Part shown: positions 57,687 to 64,000 of the stretch, one piece after another
How the letters are laid out: each line of letters starts with the position of its first letter
How positions within the stretch are numbered: position 1 is the stretch's first letter
Origin: Thermoanaerobaculia bacterium
GTDB taxonomy: Bacteria > Acidobacteriota > Thermoanaerobaculia > UBA5066
Length of the DNA: 64,000 nt
Direction: 5' to 3'
Assembly: GCA_963719225.1 (NCBI GenBank)
Contig: CAVRAY010000001.1
Coordinates: 2,784,001 to 2,848,000 of the forward strand
Program-made: the position numbers and the translations under genes
Notes under the pieces: model-generated
Told to the model about the DNA's origin: nothing
The model's database searches: none
What the model saw: the letters and a program-made list of their open reading frames with translations, nothing else

Positions 57687-57735
57687 GGCGGTCGACTCTT
57701 GCTGTTGCGTCTCTCGCACCTCCGTGGAGGAGAGC

Positions 57736-58914
57736 TCAGACGGCCGCTTTTTCCTCTTCGAACGGCGGCAGGACCTTGACGAGAACCCAGAGGATTCCGA
57801 ACGGCAGGATCATCAGGAGGATCGCGGGGAGCAGCCCTTCCCTCGTGGCGAACGCCATCTTGTACGTCGTGTACCCGAGGAAGCTCTTCGAGAAGAGCTG
57901 TCCGCCGATGACGACGTTCCACCGCATCGCGAAGATCCCCATGAGGGTGAGCACGCCGGCGAGGGCGTAGATCCCCTTCCGGGCCGCGTCGCTCAGCTTC
58001 ACGACCTGGATGAACGCCAGCATGGAGATCGGGACGATCGTGCCGAAGACGATCTGCACGAGGATTTGCGAGGTGTAGAGCCGCGTGTGCACCATGAAGT
58101 CGAGGCTCTTGAAGGACTCGTCCGCCTCGTAGATGCGGTGGATCAGGTCGAGCATCTCGAGCGAGAAGTCGATCAGGAAGGCGTACATCAGGTAGCGGGC
58201 GATGGTATCCACGCACGGCATGTCGATGGGAATGCCCTTCAGGAAACAGACGATCATGTACATGAGGAGGACGAGGGCGATACCCGAAACGATGGCGGAG
58301 AAGAGGAACACGATCGGCATCACGGGCGTGGACCACCACGGATTCGCCTTGATGGAGCCGAAGATGAAGCCGACGTAGCCGTGCAGGAGGAAGGCCGACG
58401 GGATTCCCACGATGGTGATGAAGCGCCCAAGCTTGTCGTCGATGCGGAGCGACTCCTCGCTGATGTTGTCGACGCCGAGGGTGAGGACCCGGTAGAGAGT
58501 CTTCTTCCAGCCCGTCTCGGACCGGGCCAGAAGCACCATGTCCTTGCGGTAGTCGAGCCAGATCTCGAGTACGAGAACGGCCATGAGGTACCAGAGGTAG
58601 ATGAAGCCGAACATCGCCATCGCCGAGCTCGTGTGCGGCGTGAGGTACATCTCGAAGGAGCGCTCCGGATGGCCGAGGTGGAGCTGCAGCGGCAGCGGCG
58701 CCACGAGGAGGAACGCGAGCGCGGAGAGGAGCGCGAGCCGGTACGTCGGCTTGACCGCCGCCACGTTGAAGACGCGCTCGAGCGAGGCGAGAATGAAGGC
58801 GCCGGCGACGAGGCCGGTCGTGAAGGGGTAGAGGACGATGAGGATGCTCCACTGGAGCTCCACTTCGTTGGGGTACATGAACCCCTGAACGGCCTGGAGA
58901 AGCCCTTCTTCCAT
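57736..58914 (-). CDS. NrfD/PsrC family membrane protein
   Basis: W..LIVLYPF.TGLVAG, HLGHPER, SSAMA, RWNVVIGGQ. Confidence 0.9.
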   Translation of the reverse strand: MEEGLLQAVQGFMYPNEVELQWSILIVLYPFTTGLVAGAFILASLERVFNVAAVKPTYRLALLSALAFLLVAPLPLQLHLGHPERSFEMYLTPHTSSAMAMFGFIYLWYLMAVLVLEIWLDYRKDMVLLARSETGWKKTLYRVLTLGVDNISEESLRIDDKLGRFITIVGIPSAFLLHGYVGFIFGSIKANPWWSTPVMPIVFLFSAIVSGIALVLLMYMIVCFLKGIPIDMPCVDTIARYLMYAFLIDFSLEMLDLIHRIYEADESFKSLDFMVHTRLYTSQILVQIVFGTIVPISMLAFIQVVKLSDAARKGIYALAGVLTLMGIFAMRWNVVIGGQLFSKSFLGYTTYKMAFATREGLLPAILLMILPFGILWVLVKVLPPFEEEKAAV

Positions 58915-58918
58915 GGCG

Positions 58919-59677
58919 CTACCTCACCGACCCGTCGAGGCCGTTGTAGAAGACTTTCGCTCCGGTCGCGAGCTGCGGCTTCAGGACCTGGATCTTGTGG
59001 GTCCTCAGGAACTCGTGAACCGGATCCTTCGGGTCCTTGAGGTCGACGAGCTGGCGCGCGCCGGTCGGGCAGCCCTCGCAGCAGGCCGTCGTGAGGCCTT
59101 TCGTGATGCGGTGGTAGCACAGGTTGCACTTATCGACCGTCTTCGTGCGCGGGTCGATGAACCGGCACCCGTACGGGCACGCCTGCACGCAGTAGCGGCA
59201 GCCGAGGCAGTAGGTCTTGTCGACGAGGACCGCGCCGTCGGGGCTCTCGAACGTGGCGCCTACCGGGCACACCTGCGTGCAGGGCGAGTGCGCACACGCG
59301 TTGCAGAGCTTCGGCACGAAGAAGCTCTTCGCACCGTCGCCGGCCGCGTACTTCTCGGGAAAGCCGTTGTAGCCTCCGTCCGGCGAGTCGACTTCGGGAT
59401 GCTCCTTGGCTTCTGCGACGTGATACCGCTCCACCCACGTCCGGAAGAAGTAAGGCTCGAGGGGCACGTCGTTCTCGGTCTTGCAGGCCCTCACGCAGCT
59501 GCCGCACCCGATGCACTTCTCGATGTCGACGATCATTCCCCAGTAGTGCTCGGTGGCCTTGTACGCGGGCTCCTCCGCCTTGCCGGTCTCCACGGCCTCG
59601 AGGTAGGCGGCGGCCGGCGCGGTCAGCACGAGGAGCTTTCCGGCCGTGAGCACGAAGTCGCGACGGTCGGAGTTCAT
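58919..59677 (-). CDS. NrfC/TtrB-like 4x[4Fe-4S] protein with Tat signal
   Basis: SDRRDFV; CIGCGSC, CNAC..SPC..VCP, CLGCRYC..ACP, KCNLC. Confidence 0.92.
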   Translation of the reverse strand: MNSDRRDFVLTAGKLLVLTAPAAAYLEAVETGKAEEPAYKATEHYWGMIVDIEKCIGCGSCVRACKTENDVPLEPYFFRTWVERYHVAEAKEHPEVDSPDGGYNGFPEKYAAGDGAKSFFVPKLCNACAHSPCTQVCPVGATFESPDGAVLVDKTYCLGCRYCVQACPYGCRFIDPRTKTVDKCNLCYHRITKGLTTACCEGCPTGARQLVDLKDPKDPVHEFLRTHKIQVLKPQLATGAKVFYNGLDGSVR

Positions 59678-60144
59678 TTCTTCGGCTCCTTGTCGGGCGC
59701 GTGCGGAGCATGGCAGCCGTTGCACGCCCCGCCGTCGAAGTGGCTTTTCGGATCGATCTGGGGGAACTTGCTCGGCTTCGCGACGTTCGTGAGGTGGCAC
59801 GTCAGGCAGATCGTCTTCGGGTCGGGTTTGAATGCCTTGTTCGTGGAGGGATCCTCCGCGTGCTTCGCGAGCGCCCCGTGGCAGGCTTCGCACCCGACGC
59901 CGGCGTGCTTTCCGCCCTTCCACACGTCCCGCTCGTCCGTGTGGCACTCGATGCAGGCGCTCCGGCCGGCGAAGTGGGGGGCGCGGACGCGGTTGTCCGC
60001 GAGGGCGCCGGCCCGGTAGTGGCCGTAGACGCCGAATCCCTTCGGAACGAGCACGGCCTGGAGGATCAAAAAGACCACGATCCCGGCCGCGAACAGGACC
60101 GCGATGCGAACAAGATGCTCCTTGTCCTTCATGAACCTGTTCAT
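59674..60144 (-). CDS. Membrane-anchored tetraheme cytochrome c
   Basis: TM; CIECH, CEACH, CLTCH, CNGCH. Confidence 0.9.
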   Translation of the reverse strand: MNRFMKDKEHLVRIAVLFAAGIVVFLILQAVLVPKGFGVYGHYRAGALADNRVRAPHFAGRSACIECHTDERDVWKGGKHAGVGCEACHGALAKHAEDPSTNKAFKPDPKTICLTCHLTNVAKPSKFPQIDPKSHFDGGACNGCHAPHAPDKEPKK

Positions 60145-60194
60145 GAAAGGGGACGATGGAGCGCGGGCGGCCGCCCGCCAATGATTCAGGCGTG

Positions 60195-63100
60195 CTATTT
60201 AGGGGGGGTGTTCGGGTCCGGGCCGCCGTCGACCTGCCTGATCTTCAGGTAAAGGAGGACCGCGAACGCCGAGATGAGCCCGCTCGCGAGGATGAGGCCG
60301 TTTCGCCGGAACCGGTACTCGGCCCAGACGGCGGCGGCGGCCTTCCGGAGGCTTTCCTCGGCCTCCGACGCCGCCGCGGAGTTGCGGATGAAGTCGCTCC
60401 GGTCGAAGGTGTGAATGCCGAGGCGCGTCTTGCGAAGCGCGTCGTTCACGGCGCTCGACTGGAAACGCAGCTCGTCGACGTCGAATCCCCGCTCGGCGAG
60501 CCGGTCGACGTCCTTTCCGAGGGCCTCGTGCGACTCGCGGAGGGACGTGATGGACGTGTGGAAGAACCGCGCCGTCTCGTCGCATTTCGGCTGGCCGTAC
60601 TTCGCATGACACGAGTGACAGAGCGCCTGCGGCGCGTCGCTGAGCATCTCGTCGGTGGGCCTCGCGATGTCGTGCTTCCCGTGACAGGTTTCACATTCGG
60701 GCCACCCGTGCGCCAGGAAAGCCTTCTTGTGAGGGCTCCCGTCGAAGAGGTTGCCGTTGGCGGCATGACAGGTGCGGCAGACCTGCGACACGAACTCGGT
60801 ATGCGGCGGGAGGGCCGCGTGGTTTCCATGACAGCCGTTGCACGCCGGCGCGCCCGCATCGTGCTTTCCGAGGAGCGCCAGGCCGTGGACGCTCTTCTTG
60901 TACTGCTCGAGCTGGTTCGTCGGGATGGGGGTCACCCCGTCGTCGAGCGTGTAGCCCTTCATGTAGGCGGCGTTCGCATGGCACTTGCCGCAGGTCGACG
61001 GGATGTTCTCGCGGTACACGAGCGAGTTCGTGCTGTCGGGCGGCCGGATGCCGTGCACGCCGTGGCAGCTCACGCACTGCGCGGCCTTCGGGTCCTTCGT
61101 CTTGCCGAGGAGAAGCTGCCCGTGCTTGCTCGTGCGGTACTTGAGGAGCTGGTCCACCGGAAGGGACGGGTTGTAGCCCCGCATGAACTCGCTCGAGGAG
61201 TGGCAGCGAGCGCAGAACTCCGGGATCCACGAGCGATCCTCGTGCCGGACCTCGGACGCGGGCCAGCGTTTGCCGATGTCCGCCGACATCTCGGCGTCGC
61301 TGGGCTTCCCGCCGTGACACCCGGCGCACATGAGCCCGCCACGGAAATGCACGTCGCTCACGATCTCGCGGAGGTCGAGGTGGGCGTTCGCGTCGCCTTT
61401 CGCGCGCGGCTTGAAGAGGATTTCGTCCGGGAGGTCCGGGTTCGAGTGGCACAGGACGCAGTTGTCTCCCAGGATCAGCTCCACCTTGCGGTCGTCGATG
61501 TCGAGAGCGAGAAGCGTCGCGAGGTGCGCTCCCGACGAGACCCTCCCGTCCTTCGCGGCGACGAAGAAGAGCTCCTGGGCGTGGCTGGGGAGAGTCCGGA
61601 AACGCGCCTTCGCCTTCTCGCTCAGGAGAGGCCCTGTCTTCTTGTCGACTTCCGTGAAGAGCTTCTGAAACTCCGCGGGCCAGGCTCCTTCGACGACGTG
61701 CCCCGGAGCCGACGCACTTGCCGGAGCGGAAGCGGTCGCCGGAGCCGGCGCGCCCGCCTTCTCGTCCGCACGTACCTCGAAGGCGCCGATCAGCCCGAGA
61801 ACCACGAGCGCCGCTGCGGACGTGCCGCGTCGGACCCGCCCTGCGAAAAGAAGGGCGAGGAGGACGGCGAGAGCGGCGCCGCCGCTCGCGAGCCAGCTCA
61901 GGTGCGCGAATCCGTTGAGCACCGCCTGCAGGAGGACGGCGGCGGTGAAGGGGAACGCCGAGTGGCCCCACTTCAGGCGCCGAAGGACCGTCACGGCAAG
62001 CCCGATCCCGATGATCCACAGTGCCGCCGTCCGCGCGATCGTCGCCGCCATCACGGGGTCGCCCGCGGGGTCCTTTCCGTGCGGCGCGTGGACGCCCACG
62101 TCCCACGCCTTGAGGGTCAGGAACCCCAGGAACAGGAGTCCTGCGACGCCGAGGTCGGTGAAGAGCGGGCTCGGCTTTCCCTTCGCCGCGTTCCGGTCGA
62201 GAAGCGGGATCGCGAACGCGATCGCGCCGAGGATGCTCGCCAGGAGCAGGCAGGCCTGCGGCCCTTCCATTCCGAAGAGATGTGCCGGGAACTCGCGCAA
62301 CATCTGGTACACGGACAGGAAGTACCACTCCGGTTTGATGCCCGGATAGGCCGGCTTCAGCGGGTTCGCCTTGGCTCCGAGCTCCCATTCCATGCCCGGG
62401 ATTCCCGGCCCGAACGGAAGCGCGACCGCCAGGAGCGCGAGGATGTTCAGGCAGATCACCCACAGGAGCAGGTCGCGCATCGCGAAGTTCGGGAAAAAAG
62501 GCATCCCGCGGGGCCGCGGTTTCGTCGCATCCGACGGCTCGCCTTCGAGCGGCTCGGCCATCCCCTGCCTCTGGATGAAGAGGAGGTGGGCGCCGATGAA
62601 CCCCGCCATGACGAGCGGGAGGATGCAGACGTGGAGGGCGAAGAACCGGTACAGGGTCTGGACCGAAACTTCCTCGCCTCCGCGCAGCACGCGGAGCATC
62701 CACGGGCCGACGACGGGAACGGACTTGACCGAGTCGGTCCCCACCGCCGTCGCGAAATAGCTGAGCTCGTTCCAGGGCAGGAGGTAGCCGGAAAACCCGA
62801 AGCCCAGGACGATGCCGAGCATCGCGAAGCCCGTGTACCAGGTCAGCTCGCGCGGCTTGCGATACGCCTTCAGGAACAGGACGCTGAAGAGATGCGCGAG
62901 GACCGCGAGGCTCATGAGGTGCGCCGACCAGCAGTGGATCGAGCGGATGAGCCAGCCGAACGGCACGCGGCCGACGAGGTTCTTCATGCTCTCGTAGGAC
63001 GTGTTCTCCCCTACCTGGTAGTTCATGAGGAGGAGGATTCCGGTGCCGATCTGGACGACGAAGAAGAAGAGCGAGACCCCGCCGAGGTAATACCAGACCA

Positions 63101-63242
63101 TCGAGTGCGACCCGACGGGCACCTCCTTGTGGCCGAGGAACGCGACGAGGCCCGAGAGCTGGAACCTCTCGTCCACCATGCGCCAGATCCGCGCGCCGAC
63201 GGAGGCCGGAGGGGCTGCGGCCGCATCGCGCTCGGCGCTCAT
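60195..63242 (-). CDS. Cytochrome b/subunit IV fused to a nonaheme cytochrome c domain
   Basis: RSIHCWSAH, GYLLPW, LYRFFALH, PEWY; nine CxxCH motifs; C-terminal TM. Confidence 0.9.
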   Translation of the reverse strand: MSAERDAAAAPPASVGARIWRMVDERFQLSGLVAFLGHKEVPVGSHSMVWYYLGGVSLFFFVVQIGTGILLLMNYQVGENTSYESMKNLVGRVPFGWLIRSIHCWSAHLMSLAVLAHLFSVLFLKAYRKPRELTWYTGFAMLGIVLGFGFSGYLLPWNELSYFATAVGTDSVKSVPVVGPWMLRVLRGGEEVSVQTLYRFFALHVCILPLVMAGFIGAHLLFIQRQGMAEPLEGEPSDATKPRPRGMPFFPNFAMRDLLLWVICLNILALLAVALPFGPGIPGMEWELGAKANPLKPAYPGIKPEWYFLSVYQMLREFPAHLFGMEGPQACLLLASILGAIAFAIPLLDRNAAKGKPSPLFTDLGVAGLLFLGFLTLKAWDVGVHAPHGKDPAGDPVMAATIARTAALWIIGIGLAVTVLRRLKWGHSAFPFTAAVLLQAVLNGFAHLSWLASGGAALAVLLALLFAGRVRRGTSAAALVVLGLIGAFEVRADEKAGAPAPATASAPASASAPGHVVEGAWPAEFQKLFTEVDKKTGPLLSEKAKARFRTLPSHAQELFFVAAKDGRVSSGAHLATLLALDIDDRKVELILGDNCVLCHSNPDLPDEILFKPRAKGDANAHLDLREIVSDVHFRGGLMCAGCHGGKPSDAEMSADIGKRWPASEVRHEDRSWIPEFCARCHSSSEFMRGYNPSLPVDQLLKYRTSKHGQLLLGKTKDPKAAQCVSCHGVHGIRPPDSTNSLVYRENIPSTCGKCHANAAYMKGYTLDDGVTPIPTNQLEQYKKSVHGLALLGKHDAGAPACNGCHGNHAALPPHTEFVSQVCRTCHAANGNLFDGSPHKKAFLAHGWPECETCHGKHDIARPTDEMLSDAPQALCHSCHAKYGQPKCDETARFFHTSITSLRESHEALGKDVDRLAERGFDVDELRFQSSAVNDALRKTRLGIHTFDRSDFIRNSAAASEAEESLRKAAAAVWAEYRFRRNGLILASGLISAFAVLLYLKIRQVDGGPDPNTPPK

Positions 63243-63694
63243 GCCGCACCGCCCGGCTTGATCACGCTCACCGCGCCCTTGAGGTCGCCTTCCACCGTGA
63301 AGGCGGCCAGCGGACGGGGCGGCGGGCCCGAGATGACGCGGCCGTCGAGCGCGAACTTCCCGTTGTGGCAGGCGCACCAGATGATGCCGTCCGCCGGCAC
63401 GAACTGGACAGTGCAGCCCTCGTGCGTGCACTTGGCCGAGAGCGCTTTCAGCTTCTGCTCCTTGTCCTTCAGGAGCAGGACCCGATCGGTGCCGACGCGG
63501 GCGATCAGGAACCCGTTGCTCGAAAGCTCCTGTTTCTGAGCGTCGGTGAGCGTGGCCTTGTTCGAGCCGCCTCCGTCCTTGAGAGGCGTGAGGTACTTCA
63601 GGACCGGATAGAGAACGGCCCCCATCCACGCGGCGAAGCTCGTGCCGAGCAGGGCGTCGATCCAGCGACGCCGCGTGAGGGGCTGAGAGCCCAT
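63239..63694 (-). CDS. Rieske [2Fe-2S] protein
   Basis: Tat-like TRRRW; CTHEGC and CACHNG boxes; GPPPRPL. Confidence 0.93.
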   Translation of the reverse strand: MGSQPLTRRRWIDALLGTSFAAWMGAVLYPVLKYLTPLKDGGGSNKATLTDAQKQELSSNGFLIARVGTDRVLLLKDKEQKLKALSAKCTHEGCTVQFVPADGIIWCACHNGKFALDGRVISGPPPRPLAAFTVEGDLKGAVSVIKPGGAA

Positions 63695-63698
63695 GTTT

Positions 63699-64000
63699 CT
63701 ACTTGGACTTCGGGTCGCCAGGGTTCGTGCCCTTCTTGATCTCGTCCATGTTCTTCACGCCGTCGCCGTCGCTGTCGAGAGCCTCGATCTTCTCGAACTT
63801 GAGATCCTTCTTCACGGCCTTCGGGTCGACGGCTGCCTTCCCGAGGACGTCCTTTCCGTAGGGGTTCAGCTCGTGGTCTTCCTTCTTTGGAAGAGGCTTC
63901 ACGTGGCACGTCGTGCACTTGCCCAGCGAGGCCTTGGCGTCGGGATATTTCGCCACGAACGCCTTCTGGTTATCGAGGTTCGCGAGCAGCGTCGTGCCGA
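63699..64000 (-). CDS. Small c-type cytochrome with Ca-binding DSDGDG repeat; N-terminus outside window
   Basis: CTTCH, LNPYG, DSDGDGVKNMDEIKKGTNPGDP; frame open to the window edge. Confidence 0.8.
   Translation of the reverse strand, partial: GTTLLANLDNQKAFVAKYPDAKASLGKCTTCHVKPLPKKEDHELNPYGKDVLGKAAVDPKAVKKDLKFEKIEALDSDGDGVKNMDEIKKGTNPGDPKSK

Noticed and set aside
74-63539. Many long antisense or alternate-frame ORFs (e.g. 2858..5758-, 14467..18450+, 53135..56131+, 60156..63539+)
   Set aside because: Arg/Gly/Ala-rich shadows of real genes, expected at high GC; no motifs

Overview
GC-rich chromosomal window (roughly 70% GC by eye). Gene content suggests Acidobacteriota/Thermoanaerobaculia, but that is inference. 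No prophage, integrase or CRISPR array was seen. Left to right it contains: partial cysK; secreted hypotheticals; tRNA-Sec (selC); a DUF4331-TPR operon joined to an FpvH/C/D/E/J-like metal ABC module and an ECF sigma/cupin anti-sigma pair; a DprE1/DprE2-like pair; an HhH DNA glycosylase; PBP1b; sulfur genes (CDO, YeiH, FdhD, rhodanese); an S9 peptidase; a long GreA-domain protein; a split imuA-imuB/dnaE2 cassette; two tandem M28 peptidases; the yceD-rpmF-plsX-fabH-fabD-fabG-acpP-fabF cluster interrupted by a small islet; three GT4s plus WcaJ; a NfnA-NfnB-rubrerythrin fusion; and an unusual Rieske/cytochrome b-multiheme/NrfCD respiratory cluster. The most striking unexplained signal is a dispersed AT-rich 17-bp motif, TTTTCTTAGAAGGTGAA, with 3 exact copies and many variants. 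It usually occurs as inverted pairs spanning 80-115 bp and sits inside or across genes in different frames and strands. The second is a shared ACTTACG-N4-ACTTACG box overlapping apparently leaderless promoters of both imuA and dnaE2.
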